DNA from: Aureliella sp.
Lineage (GTDB): Bacteria; Planctomycetota; Planctomycetia; Pirellulales; Pirellulaceae
Direction: 5' to 3'
Assembly (NCBI GenBank): GCA_963691875.1
Contig: OY829846.1
Span: 1-64,000 of the forward strand
Length of the DNA stretch: 64,000 nt
Both the position numbers and the translations under genes were made by a program. Positions 20,622 through 31,662 of this stretch are shown here, in pieces; within the stretch, counting starts at the first letter, position 1, and every line of letters begins with the position of its first letter. The notes under the pieces are model-generated. The model was not told the origin of the DNA. It saw nothing but the letters and a program-made list of their open reading frames with translations, and made no database searches.

Positions 20622-23600
20622 CTAATTCGCCGAATTGTAGGTTTCCTGCAGCTCGGCGAGGCTAGCCTTCAATTCGGCAAACCTGTTTTCCGCTTCTTGA
20701 CCAGGAGCCTGATCTGCTCTGCTGACCATGTTGTAAAGATATGAAACTTGGCTCGCGAGTTTTGGTTGAGGGTAGATAATATCCGCCGACTTCACTTCCC
20801 TAAGTACATCGTTCACCAACTCCAGGCGAGCTTCTTCCTCAGGCGACAATGCCTCGCCGTTCATGTTCAGTTTTTTTTGTTCATCGGTAAGCTGCTTTTC
20901 AAATCTTCGAATTTCCGAAATCAGATCAACCACTTTCAGCTCAAAGGCAACTTGCGAATCAATATCGTCAAGAGTTGTGCCCTGATTGAGTACTCTTGGA
21001 TCGACGATTAGCTCGAAGGATTTTTCAGAAACAGAGCCACTGGCAGTCAGCTTCAACGTATAGCTCCCAGGCCTAACGAGCGGACCGCCGCGAAAACGAC
21101 CATCCCGATTGTTGGTCCAAGGTCCAAAATGGGACATGTTCCACCGAAATCGATTCATTCCAGTATTGGTTGTTAAGGACTGGTCCATGATGAACCGTAG
21201 CTGACTCAAGTTCATATCCGTGACTTCCTTTTCCTCAAGTCTTTTACCACCTTTGCTCTCGTACGCATTCACTAATTCTCCGTCCGCATCAAGCACTTCA
21301 AGTTGAATAGGTTCAGATATTCCCTCGGGCAGGAAGTAGTCAATGATCACAGATGGCGATGGATAATCTGGTACCCCTCGTCCGCGATAGACGGTGCGGT
21401 ATCGAATCGTATCCTTTGGCTTAAACAAGACTGCTGTGTCACCCGATGTCTGAAACGCTTCCTGCCGAAGCGTCGATATATTATCGAGTACCCAGAATGA
21501 GCGGCCCATCGTCGAAATAGCAAGGTCACCGCGAATGATTTTCAAATCGGTTACGGGCGTTACCGGCAGGTTCTGCTGGAATTTTTTCCAGGTGTCGCCA
21601 TCATCAAGCGATACGTACATACCCGACTCGGTTCCTGCGAAAAGCAATCCTTCCCGAACCGGATCTTCCCGAACGACTCGTGTAGGAACGTCCTCGGGGA
21701 TTCCATTAGTACCGTCGGTCAAGAGTTTCCAGTGAGCTCCAAAGTCCTCTGTTCTATATATGTATGGCCTCCAGTCTCCTAACTGATATCGCAGGACCGC
21801 GACGTAGGCTTTTGCGGCATCGTGCGGCGAGGGCTCGACGGCATCAACACGGCCGCCAGGTGGCAAAGCTCGAGGCGTGACAATTTGCCAGTTCTTTCCA
21901 TTGTCCTGTGTAACGTAAACTGGTCCATCGTTGGAACCAGACCAAATAACGCCTTTTTGAACCGGCGACTCACGCAATGAATAGATCGTACTGTAGTATT
22001 CTTCCCCGGTGATGTCCCGTGTGATGGGTGCACCTGAAATGACTTGTTTGTTAGCCTCGAACGCTGTCAGGTCCGGCGATATGGTTTCCCAAGTCCTGCC
22101 ATCATCTGTGCTTCGGTGTACGTATTGAGAAGCCATGTAAACGACATCCGGGTTGTGTGGCGACACATGAATGGGAGCAACCCGTTGGAAGCGATACTTC
22201 AGTTCCCGAGGGTTATGGCCGTACATATTGGAAGCGCCGATGTGGTATCCCTTTTCGATACCGAGTCGCTTATCAAAAACGAAAAAACGGCCTTTGCAAT
22301 TTGAATAAACAAGGTTGTGATTGCCTGGCTTGGGAACGGCCGGGCCTGTTTCACAGCCACCGGTATTGACGATCCAAGCGGCGGTGTGCTGCACGCGGTA
22401 TGGAGGCATGCTAGGAATTGCAATCGTGGTGCTATTGTCCTGTTGGCCCGCGTATAGCCAATACGGATATTGGTCATCCACTTCCACCTGGTATAGCTCC
22501 GCGGTGGGTTGATTGAACTGGGTCGACCATGTCTTTCCGCCGTTCTGAGTAACGTTTGCGCCGCCATCGTTACCTTGAACGAACAGGTCCGTGTCATCTG
22601 GATTGATCCACATATCATGATTGTCACCGTGAGGTACTTGTAGACTGTCCCAAGTCCTGCCGCCGTCGACGGATTTCATGTTGCTAGTGGCCATCGAATA
22701 GACGATGTCAGGGTTCTTCGGATCGACATCGATATTCGTGTAGTAAAAGGGACGTGTCCGAATCACGGATGCGTTGGAAACTAAGTTGAACGATTTGCCC
22801 TGGTTGCTCGACTTGTAAAGGCCACCCACCTCGCCAGACGCTTCGACGAGGGCGTATATGATTTTTGAATCAGCGAGACATACGGCAAGATCCATCTTTC
22901 CGATCAGTCCTTGAGGCAAGCCTTCTGTCACTCTTTCCCAGGTCCGACCGGCGTCGACGGATTTGTAAAGGCCGCCTTCGTCTTGTGTTCCACCTGAGAT
23001 AATGGTCCACGGCTTTCGCTCGGCCTTCCAGGCTGTCGCGAATACAATGCTGGAATTGCCCGGCAATAATTCGATATCCGAAAAACCAACGGTATCGGAA
23101 ATGAATAGTACTTTTTCCCAGGTCTTGCCGCCATCGACTGTTTTGTACACGCCTCGTTCTTCATTCGGATTGAACGCTTGTCCAATCGCCGCAACCCAGA
23201 CGATGTTGTGGTTCGTGGGATCGATTTCAACCGCGCCAATATGGCCTGTGTTTCGCAGGCCAATGTGTTCCCACGACACCCCGCCGTCAATTGACTTGTA
23301 CATGCCCTTTCCGGCGATGACATTACTCCGCAGCCCGTCCGAACCGGTACCGACGTAGACAATGTTTGCGTCGTTTTGCGCAACGGCAATGTCGCCGATG
23401 GATGGCGTTTCAAAGAAACCATCGGAGACATTGTTCCAGGACAGGCCATAGTCTTCGGATTTCCAAACGCCGGAGCCAGAACCCCCAAAATAGAAGGTCG
23501 AACGAGCAGCTGCCGTGCCGGCAACCGCAGTGACTCGTCCGCCGCGTGAGGGGCCGATGTTGCGGTATTGAAATTGACTGAAATCCTGCGCGAGGAGAGA

Positions 23601-23654
23601 AGTGGCGATCAAGGCAATCGGAAGACAAAACAGCAGTCGAGTTAACGATTTCAT
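20622..23654 (-). CDS. BNR/VPS10-repeat glycosyl hydrolase-like secreted protein
   Basis: Signal peptide, RNIGPSRGGRV, and many SxDGGxxW Asp-box repeats. Confidence 0.93.
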   Translation of the reverse strand: MKSLTRLLFCLPIALIATSLLAQDFSQFQYRNIGPSRGGRVTAVAGTAAARSTFYFGGSGSGVWKSEDYGLSWNNVSDGFFETPSIGDIAVAQNDANIVYVGTGSDGLRSNVIAGKGMYKSIDGGVSWEHIGLRNTGHIGAVEIDPTNHNIVWVAAIGQAFNPNEERGVYKTVDGGKTWEKVLFISDTVGFSDIELLPGNSSIVFATAWKAERKPWTIISGGTQDEGGLYKSVDAGRTWERVTEGLPQGLIGKMDLAVCLADSKIIYALVEASGEVGGLYKSSNQGKSFNLVSNASVIRTRPFYYTNIDVDPKNPDIVYSMATSNMKSVDGGRTWDSLQVPHGDNHDMWINPDDTDLFVQGNDGGANVTQNGGKTWSTQFNQPTAELYQVEVDDQYPYWLYAGQQDNSTTIAIPSMPPYRVQHTAAWIVNTGGCETGPAVPKPGNHNLVYSNCKGRFFVFDKRLGIEKGYHIGASNMYGHNPRELKYRFQRVAPIHVSPHNPDVVYMASQYVHRSTDDGRTWETISPDLTAFEANKQVISGAPITRDITGEEYYSTIYSLRESPVQKGVIWSGSNDGPVYVTQDNGKNWQIVTPRALPPGGRVDAVEPSPHDAAKAYVAVLRYQLGDWRPYIYRTEDFGAHWKLLTDGTNGIPEDVPTRVVREDPVREGLLFAGTESGMYVSLDDGDTWKKFQQNLPVTPVTDLKIIRGDLAISTMGRSFWVLDNISTLRQEAFQTSGDTAVLFKPKDTIRYRTVYRGRGVPDYPSPSVIIDYFLPEGISEPIQLEVLDADGELVNAYESKGGKRLEEKEVTDMNLSQLRFIMDQSLTTNTGMNRFRWNMSHFGPWTNNRDGRFRGGPLVRPGSYTLKLTASGSVSEKSFELIVDPRVLNQGTTLDDIDSQVAFELKVVDLISEIRRFEKQLTDEQKKLNMNGEALSPEEEARLELVNDVLREVKSADIIYPQPKLASQVSYLYNMVSRADQAPGQEAENRFAELKASLAELQETYNSAN

Positions 23655-24869
23655 TAACAGTTTCTCATGTGGTTCAGGATCGCGATAAAACGTGCTGTTC
23701 ACAATCTACCTTATCATTCTGATTAGCCTGTTGACGTCGGACAACGAATATTCCGCGAACTCCCGACCGTTTCGGTCAGTCGTTTCGGCTAGTTACAGGC
23801 AATGGACGCCAGTGCTTCTGCTGTCCGAGCCAAAGTGAGTTTGCGACGACGGAAACGTGGCTAGAGTCGCTGCATTCAGAATACAAATTTGCCCCAACAT
23901 GAAAATCAGATTGCCCTTCGCTTCGTGCGGCTTTGTTGAAGTGTGCATCCCGCATCGGTCAAATTGGTTAGCCAGAACCATCCCCTCGCATGTTGGTAGA
24001 TTCTGTGTTCGTGAGCTTCTAACTTTTGCCTTGAAGCCCTGACCATGATGCAGGCGATCGGATTTTGGTAAGAAAACGGCGATCGCTCGTAGATTCAATC
24101 AAAACGTTTAGTTGATCCCAATTGGCAACTAACCGACTGCGACAAGGTTTTCGATTATCTTTTCGCAGGGCCAGAGGTCTGTAGCTACTTGGGCTATGCT
24201 CGGTGTCGCTTCGACTGTGGACTTGCGTAGGAAGCTCAAAATTGACAGACGAAGTTTGGTGTTGGCCTTCTGGCTTGGCGCACTACTTGGAGCAGCACGC
24301 CGTCAGGTGCCCGCCGAGTTCCTGACACATGCGAAATCTTTAGACTGGATTCCAGTAGTAGTTGATGAACCTGCGCCTGAGTATGACTTGCGTTTCTGGC
24401 GAGAGTGGTGCAAGAGCAATGCGAGAACTTGGTGCAGACAACTCCACGATGATTCCTGGCTTAGGATATCCTGAGAATTTTCTTTCTCCTGAGCTTGAAA
24501 CGGAGCTCGCCAGCAGGCTTGAATCCGACGGAGACGGAGCTGTATCCTCAATAGATGCGGTAGTTGCCATCAAAGGTTCTCATCACTGAGCTAAATAACT
24601 CCGTTGCAGCAGCCGGGCTCGAGACTCGTGCCCGAAGTGAGTCTTCCATTGCTCAAGCACGGCCAGTCTTTTTTTTCCTTGGGAAACTGCTCGTCGTGAC
24701 CAGGCCTTGGCAGAGGAAGAACTCTGGATTGCCTAAGAGACAGAAGTTATCGAGAAAATACTTGGCAAAAGAGTAGGTCTTTCGAATAGCGAATGACGAG
24801 AATCCAGCCGACGTGCTTTTGAGTCGCCGGCTGTTTCTGTTTATGCACAGGGAGTTCGCATAAACGATT

Positions 24870-25742
24870 TCATCGCAAAACAGTCGCACTCATGCCTGAC
24901 TGAAGAGAGTCCCGCATCTGCGAAGGAGCCCGTGAAGCGGTTCGCAGCGGTGCTCGATTCTGGTTGCCGGTGATTGCATTTGCTGCCGCTGTCAAAGGTT
25001 GGAGCCCGGCGGATAGAGGTTGAGCCGGCGCCGCAGCCAGCCGAGTTGGCGATGCTCCTGATTGCGGTGCTGGATAGCCGATTGTAGGAGGACGCGATGG
25101 AAGAAGTGCTGAAGGCAAGACTTGCTGGCGCGCAAGGAGCGGAATCCGTACTCTTGGTGTAGGCTGCATGGCGTACATCAAAGTCGGATTCGTAAGGCTC
25201 GGTGCACCCACACTTGGCAGCTCTGTTGTAACAACTTGTTGCTGAGTCTTGGTCTTTCGTACTGGCTCTGATACGTAAACAGTTCTCTGTATCGCTACCC
25301 AATTTTGGCTGGTCAGCGGCACTTGTTGATTTTGGGTTCTCGGAACCCATTGAGTCACTGGCACGTACTCGTAGGCCATGCGAGGCTGGCGAAAGGGATT
25401 CCAAAGTCCAACGACTCGCGACTGGAGCACTTGTGTCTGATGTGGCACGTAAACCGTTCTCGGTACGTTGACGTAGCGTGTGCTGACCTGAGGTTCGTAA
25501 AAAGTCTGTGGAACGGCCTTCGTTTGCCAGGAAGTAGTCGGCACCTGGACATCGACCAGCTGCTGGCGATATCGACGTCCGGTGGCCGGATCGAAAATGA
25601 TCCTCTCCTTTGGCTGTGACCTTTGCTCAGAGGCGGTGACCGCAGGGGTTTGAGCATACGCGGAATGCAAGAATGCTGTTTCAGTCAGAATCAGCGACAG
25701 TAGCATACCAACCGCCCGATTCGTTCGTGAATCCAGATACAT
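24870..25742 (-). CDS. Planctomycete-type secreted protein, V/P/T/Q-rich
   Basis: Signal peptide, repetitive YVPVT-type beta segments and GLWNPFRQP. Confidence 0.75.
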   Translation of the reverse strand: MYLDSRTNRAVGMLLSLILTETAFLHSAYAQTPAVTASEQRSQPKERIIFDPATGRRYRQQLVDVQVPTTSWQTKAVPQTFYEPQVSTRYVNVPRTVYVPHQTQVLQSRVVGLWNPFRQPRMAYEYVPVTQWVPRTQNQQVPLTSQNWVAIQRTVYVSEPVRKTKTQQQVVTTELPSVGAPSLTNPTLMYAMQPTPRVRIPLLARQQVLPSALLPSRPPTIGYPAPQSGASPTRLAAAPAQPLSAGLQPLTAAANAITGNQNRAPLRTASRAPSQMRDSLQSGMSATVLR

Positions 25743-26028
25743 TTCTCTGTCCCGCGTGATAGGCGTCTGAGATGCAAGGCAGTAGTTGTCGAACTCAAGC
25801 GACTGGCGGCTGTACAGCCAATTTGTCTGAGGCCCAGACCACTCCGTTTCTATCAAGATCGACAGAACAGGCCGTAAAATCCACCCAATCGCTCCAGTTT
25901 CTCTTCGTCTGAAGGGCGCTCTGTCTCGTCATGGCCGCTTGTCGGATTACTCTGGAGGTTGAGAATACCGCTATGAGTGCTTCGCAACCGAGCGTTCACC
26001 TACCAGAGACACGTATTATCAGCCAGTT

Positions 26029-26466
26029 ATGCAAAAGAATTCCGAGTCTGCAGATCGCCGCTTTACTGTGGAAGAAGCCAATGCAATGCTGCCATTGGTA
26101 CGTTCGATCGTGGAAGACATCTGTGATGTATTCCAGCGCGTGACACGCCGACGGTCCGACCTGCACAAGATGTTGCGTGGCAAGTCAAAGGTAACAGGTC
26201 CATTCTTCGACGACGAGACGGCTGAAAGTCGAGCAGATCTTCAGGAGGAGTATGATCAGATCTGGGAATACCGCGAGGAGCTAGAAGCTCTTGGTGCATT
26301 CCTTCGCAATCCTGAGGATGGACAAGTTGAATTCCCCGCCGAAATCCTGAATCAGTCTTGCTTCCTTTGCTGGCAAAGAGGTGATGCGGCAGTCAGGTAC
26401 TACAGACTTGCTGACTCCGCAAGCACCGAACGCCTCCTTCTGCCAGCACTTCAAGATGCACCGTAG
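26029..26466 (+). CDS. DUF2203 family protein
   Basis: FTVEEANAMLPLVR...EL..LG...G.V.FP...LCW..G. Confidence 0.88.
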   Translation: MQKNSESADRRFTVEEANAMLPLVRSIVEDICDVFQRVTRRRSDLHKMLRGKSKVTGPFFDDETAESRADLQEEYDQIWEYREELEALGAFLRNPEDGQVEFPAEILNQSCFLCWQRGDAAVRYYRLADSASTERLLLPALQDAP

Positions 26467-26602
26467 TGCTGCGGTGTAAGAAGCCTCGCCTACCATAAGC
26501 TCTCGTCGGCGTTGCGAAATTCTTATTTTTTAGAGGCTCCCGTACCGCAGCTGTCGTGGCGCCAAGTTCGCTATGCCAATCGAAGCTTCAAACCAGCTGC
26601 AC

Positions 26603-26666
26603 TTAGCCGTATTGTTGGCTCGACAGTTCACTCGCTAGTTACCTCGGCGAATGCCAAAACGCCTGA
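26603..26666. repeat. Degenerate REP-like palindrome, family 2
   Basis: TTAGCCGT-ATTG...ATGCCAAAACGCCTGA is an imperfect inverted repeat. Similar relics lie at 23723, 39974 and 47204. Confidence 0.5.
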
Positions 26667-26940
26667 AATCCGAAGTTAGTCCTCCATCATTCAGGGCAAA
26701 TCAGAGTTTCAGTTTGAAGGCGAAGATTCCTTGGTAACCCGAAGCGCTAGCGACGGATCAGCCTTTTCCCTCTTTAAATCGTCGGGCTTCCCCAATTCCG
26801 AGAATCAAACTGTGATTCGACCTGCCGCATCATGTTGGCCATTCGTTTTAGGCTTAATATGCATGGTATATTGGGACTTCTTACCAAGCTGCGGAGAAAT
26901 CCGGCGAGTTTCGCATTCCCATGTTAGTAGTATTAGAACA

Positions 26941-29316
26941 ATGTTGCGACTTGTATTTCTTATTGCTGTCCCCCTGCTGCTACTCAAACCGGCTGGGGCA
27001 GATGATAGCGTTCTCACGAGAACTCTTAAGCCGGGAAAGCCGACAGACGTCGCAGTTGACGCCGAAAAGTTGGACCTAGCTGTTTCGTTGATTCGTCACG
27101 CAGTTGAGGACGATGAGATTCCAGGCGCTGTAGTCTTGGTCGCAAGACGCGGACAAGTGATTTTGCATGAGGCGTTCGGTCATCGTGACCTCAAGCGTAA
27201 GGTACCGATGCAAAAGAATGCTTTATTTCGCATGGCATCTAACAGCAAGGCGGTCACATCAGCGGGTATTCTGGTCCTAGTCGAAGATGGAATACTGGAG
27301 CTAGATGCTCCAATTGGTCGGTACTTGACCGCATTTGACACGGACGACTGGAAGAGAGTCACGTTGCGTCATTTGTTAACGCACACTAGCGGCAGTCGCA
27401 TCAAGCCTTTGTTTCTGACACCACTTCTCAAGAAATCCGAGATACATCCTCAAGCGCCCGATCTGAGACTTGAAGTGGATAGATTCGCGAATATTGCACC
27501 TGAGAAAGAACCTGGCACAACTTACTCCTACAACAATGCCTGTTACAACATCCTGGCGGCACTCATTGAAAAACAGACCGGATCGTACAAGGAGCATTTG
27601 AGAAGTCGGATTTACGAGCCCTTAAAGATGTCTGATAGCTGTAACCATGAGTCTGATGCGGACAACACTCGCATGTCGACTGTGCTGAAGCGTCAAGCAG
27701 ATGGAACTTGGAAGGAAGGCTGGACTCCGGGCGATAAGCCAGATTGGCCATTTCCACGTGGCTCCGGCGGAATGGTTTCCAGCGCTCTCGACTATGCCAA
27801 GTTCTGTCAGATGTTGCTCAACGGCGGAACATACGAAGAGCAAAAGATCTTGTCTGAAGAGACCGTTAAGGAAATGACCTCACCGCAGTCCAAGCTCATC
27901 GAAGCAGCAACTGGCTACGGACTGGGATGGAGTGTCAAAGAAGCCGGGGGGGGATTCTCCCATTCTGGCTCAGATGGCACTTACGTCTGGGTAGATCCGG
28001 AGAACGAAATCATTGGAATGCTGCTAACGCAAACGAATGGAGCAACTCATCCGCGTAAAGGTTTTCGCGAACTCGTACTTCAGTCTTGCACGGATAGGAA
28101 GATCGCTCGCGATACTGCGCTGCACACTCCTGCGCGTTCGGCAGACGGTTTCTACAAAGACATATTCATGAGCAGTGGCAAGAGCCTTACGAGTCGCAAG
28201 AGGCTTCACGCCGCTGAGTCGATTGGCTTGGAATATGAATACTACGCTGGCTCTGATGTAACCAGGCAAAACCACTTTCTAATTGGTAGTGCGGAAGACG
28301 CGAACGGCATTCTGTTGTACCCGGATGGATCACCGCGTTTTCGGATGCTGTATGTCAATGGTGGTGGAGCGACATCGCACGGTAAGTCTCTTACGAAAGA
28401 TGGCCGGAATCGCCTAAGGGGTTTCTATCGCTCGGGTGGCAGCTACTGCGGGTCATGTGCTGGCTCATTCCTAAGTGGTCGCAACGTAGACAAACGCTCC
28501 GAGCGACGGTTGGGCTATTTGCACATCTTTCCATTCAATACGCTGAACACTGGAATCAAGAAAACGAGAGTGGGACACCAGATCCCTCAGGATTCGCCGC
28601 TCCTGCGCTATCGAGATTTTGGCGAAGACAGTTCCGTTTTGAATGTGTATCACAACAACGGAAACTGGCTCGACACCACCGCGGATCTCCCAGGAATCGA
28701 GGTGTTGGCACGCTATAGTCATCCGGGGCACAAGATCGATGGCGGTGCGGCTATATGGGCTTATCAAGCAAAGAAAACGGATGGCCGTATCGTGAACATT
28801 GGCTGTCACCCGGAAGGCAGCAGCGAAGGTGAATTGCTCGCCCTTACAGAAGCATGCTTTCTGCATGCATTGAGTGGAACAGGTCGTCCCAGGCTCAAGG
28901 CAACTTTGAAGCTAGGCGATGCTCGAGAGATGTCGCGCAGTACCAGCGACGATCAACCATCCTTCACCAAAATTGGTGATCGGCAGTACCATCACTTCGC
29001 CTTCGATGTTCCCGATTCAGCTGGCAGCATCACGATCGAAATGACTTCGAAAGAAAAAAACGTAGATCTTCACTTGCTGTTGTGCAAAGATTCCATCGCT
29101 TTCCGGAGCAACTCCTCACTCTTCGATCTACGGTCTGGAGCAAACAAGAAGTTGTCGCATCAACTTTCTCCAGGGCGTTGGTACCTTAGCGTCTATTGCG
29201 CCACCACAGTGCAGACGATCAATGATCCAGATTCGGGTTTTTATCGCTACGTTGGTGACCGAAGCATTCTCAACGGTGCTGCCTACACGATTCGCGTGGA
29301 TCAAAGCGAAAACTGA
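26941..29316 (+). CDS. Serine hydrolase (beta-lactamase family) fused to BPL_N-like class I glutamine amidotransferase domain and PPC-like domain
   Basis: Signal peptide, SxxK (FRMASNSK), YxN (YSYNN) and HSG. Then GGG, GGSYCGSCAG and HPE, with C-terminal DLHL...PGRWYLSV. Confidence 0.85.
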   Translation: MLRLVFLIAVPLLLLKPAGADDSVLTRTLKPGKPTDVAVDAEKLDLAVSLIRHAVEDDEIPGAVVLVARRGQVILHEAFGHRDLKRKVPMQKNALFRMASNSKAVTSAGILVLVEDGILELDAPIGRYLTAFDTDDWKRVTLRHLLTHTSGSRIKPLFLTPLLKKSEIHPQAPDLRLEVDRFANIAPEKEPGTTYSYNNACYNILAALIEKQTGSYKEHLRSRIYEPLKMSDSCNHESDADNTRMSTVLKRQADGTWKEGWTPGDKPDWPFPRGSGGMVSSALDYAKFCQMLLNGGTYEEQKILSEETVKEMTSPQSKLIEAATGYGLGWSVKEAGGGFSHSGSDGTYVWVDPENEIIGMLLTQTNGATHPRKGFRELVLQSCTDRKIARDTALHTPARSADGFYKDIFMSSGKSLTSRKRLHAAESIGLEYEYYAGSDVTRQNHFLIGSAEDANGILLYPDGSPRFRMLYVNGGGATSHGKSLTKDGRNRLRGFYRSGGSYCGSCAGSFLSGRNVDKRSERRLGYLHIFPFNTLNTGIKKTRVGHQIPQDSPLLRYRDFGEDSSVLNVYHNNGNWLDTTADLPGIEVLARYSHPGHKIDGGAAIWAYQAKKTDGRIVNIGCHPEGSSEGELLALTEACFLHALSGTGRPRLKATLKLGDAREMSRSTSDDQPSFTKIGDRQYHHFAFDVPDSAGSITIEMTSKEKNVDLHLLLCKDSIAFRSNSSLFDLRSGANKKLSHQLSPGRWYLSVYCATTVQTINDPDSGFYRYVGDRSILNGAAYTIRVDQSEN

Positions 29317-29357
29317 GACACGCTATGTGTCTTGCCCACTCAGGCGTAACGACGTGC

Positions 29358-30107
29358 TCATTGGTCTACCGCTTTTTCTCTCTTGGGCAAAACCCAATTG
29401 GGACGAGCGTAGTGGCAGGTGTAACCGCCGGGATTCCGCTCAAGATAATCCTGATGCTCTGGCTCTGCTTCCCAGAAGTCTCCTGCTGGCTCGACTTCGG
29501 TAACCACTTTTCCTGGCCACAAGCCCGACGCGTTAACGTCTGCAATTGTGTCGATGGCGACTTTCTTTTGCTCTTCAGAGGTGTAGTAGATCGCAGAACG
29601 GTATGACAAACCGAGATCGTTGCCCTGGCGATTCTTCGTGGTAGGGTCGTGAATCTGGAAAAAGAACTCAAGAAGCTTGCGGTAGCTCGTCGCATTCGGA
29701 TCAAAAACGATTTCAATGCCTTCAGCATGCGTTCCGTGATTGCGATAGGTCGCATTTTTCACGTCGCCTCCGGTGTAGCCCACTCGAGTTTCGAAGACTC
29801 CTGGCATTTTACGAATCAAGTCCTGCATTCCCCAAAAACATCCACCGGCCAAGATTGCCTTCTCGCTCATTTGATTGTCTCCTTCTTTAGTCTCTGGTTT
29901 CTTCTCTTGAGACGCGTGGCTGGCTCCTGGGGTATTCCCAGGTGATTCCCCTGAAGAGGATTCCGACTGCGGGTCCATTGAATTCTCCGCGACAGCAGGG
30001 CTCCCAAACTCCCGCGTACCATTGCCGCATCCTGAAAATGCCGCAATTGCGAGTGTTGGCAAAAGGATTAGCAACGCAAAACGAGCTGTTCCGAAGGCCG
30101 ATCTCAT
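29358..30107 (-). CDS. msrA: Peptide-methionine (S)-S-oxide reductase with N-terminal lipoprotein signal and linker
   Basis: Motifs [43 protein letters not shown]. The catalytic domain starts at ATG 29870. Confidence 0.95.
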   Translation of the reverse strand: MRSAFGTARFALLILLPTLAIAAFSGCGNGTREFGSPAVAENSMDPQSESSSGESPGNTPGASHASQEKKPETKEGDNQMSEKAILAGGCFWGMQDLIRKMPGVFETRVGYTGGDVKNATYRNHGTHAEGIEIVFDPNATSYRKLLEFFFQIHDPTTKNRQGNDLGLSYRSAIYYTSEEQKKVAIDTIADVNASGLWPGKVVTEVEPAGDFWEAEPEHQDYLERNPGGYTCHYARPNWVLPKREKAVDQ

Positions 30108-30399
30108 AATCTCATTCCCGATCCAGATAAATTAACTTGGGCGACGCTCTCGAGAGCCCGGCAGTTGCCAAACCAATCTTTACTCTCTGCCCGTTACTTT
30201 ATACATCCGGCGAGCGTTAGATTTCAACGCCAGGAGAAGGACATCGCACGAATGAGTTGCTTGTTGTGCCGATCACCTATCCGAATCAGCGCGATCTGCT
30301 AAGTGCAGTACATATGGTCTAGGCTAATTGCCGCGAACGCGCGCAAAGGTCTGTGAGCTTCCTTCACATTCCATTTACATTTCACATTGAAGAGACTCG

Positions 30400-31530
30400 A
30401 TGACTGCTTTGCAGAGAGTATCCCTATCGTTGATCATGATTTTGATTTCCAGTTGAGCTGTAGTTGGGCAAGATGAACGGCCTGAAGCTGCAAGCACACA
30501 GAATTCCAAAGACATCTCACTTGCCCAGATCGAAGGCCGGCATTGGCTGATGTACTCGCAAGGTAAACCGTTCTTTGCTCACTGCATCACGCATGCAGGA
30601 ACGATTCGAGCTAATTTCGATTTGAAAGAGTTTTCGGCAGCTTGCAAGAAAGTTGGGTTTAACTCCGACGGCTATGGTTGCCCCGCTCCGATATGCCTTA
30701 TCTGGAGAGTTGGAATCATTTAGTGCCAACCGCGATGTATCGTAGTGACAAGACACATGACTATTGCGATGTCTTCGCTCCCGATGTTCAGGGTCGAATC
30801 GAAAAAGGAGTCAAGGCGAGTTACGCTAAGGTTAAGAACAATCCGGACTGCATCGGCTACGCATGGAACCACCTTGCGACTTGGCCACTCAAGAACCAAG
30901 TCGAATAGAGCTGGGTTGCGTTCATCCGAGAGCTGCCTGATGAAACGCCAAACCGAAAGGCTTACGAAGCGTTCCTCAACACCTGGGAAGGCGGCGATGA
31001 CAAGGCACGCGACCATGCCATTCTTCGCTTCATTGTTCGAGAATACTTCCGCGTCATTGGCACTGCGAATCGCAAGCACGATCCTGATCATTTGAGCTTT
31101 GGCGACCGTCTGTCTTTCTTCACTTACGACGAAGATGTGCTCAACGAAATTTTGCCGTGGATTAACGCCATTGCCTTTCAGCCGCATTTGTGGAATACAT
31201 TTCCTAAAAGGTAATTCGACAAGATGCACGAGATTTCGGGCAAGCCAATCTTGCTCTGTGATTTCGCAATCCGGATCAAGGACGTGCAGATGTGAAGAGT
31301 GGAAGAAGACTCTGTCGCGGCCGGCAAGGCGTACGCCAACTATGTGAAAGCAGCACTCGAATCGGCAGACATCATCGGCGTCTTCTGGTGCAATCCAATT
31401 GATAACCCAAAGGATTTCGTAAAGCCGGCGTGAAACAGGGATTCTTTGGCGAAGGCCTTACCTAGCTCCCAGGCCTATATTCCGCGGTGAAGAAGCTAAA
31501 CGTTCTTCGTTACGAAATGAAACCGACTAG
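30400..31530 (+). pseudogene. Agarase-like (GH-A clan) glycoside hydrolase pseudogene
   Basis: GRHWL...GKPFF, GFN..GYG, IGY.W, EYF..IGTANRKHDPDHL.FGDR, GKPILLCDF, IIGVFWC. Stops at 30454, 30906 and 31212, plus frameshifts (e.g. near 30685). Confidence 0.8.
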
Positions 31531-31662
31531 CCTCCACTGGCCTAGTACCAATCGAACCACGAAGCGTGAGCGAGGAAAAGCGCAAAGGGGATTTTCGTCT
31601 TTTCTCAGGAACACATAGTGGAGTGGTTACTCAGGGTCTAAATGCGACAACGCACTAGATGG

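Noticed and set aside
24100..24860. Short overlapping ORFs between the BNR hydrolase and the secreted protein
   Set aside because: No motif or consistent frame. It may be another remnant, but this is unsupported.
30454..30456. In-frame TGA as a second selenocysteine
   Set aside because: It lies in a signal peptide, outside any redox motif, in a gene with many other lesions.
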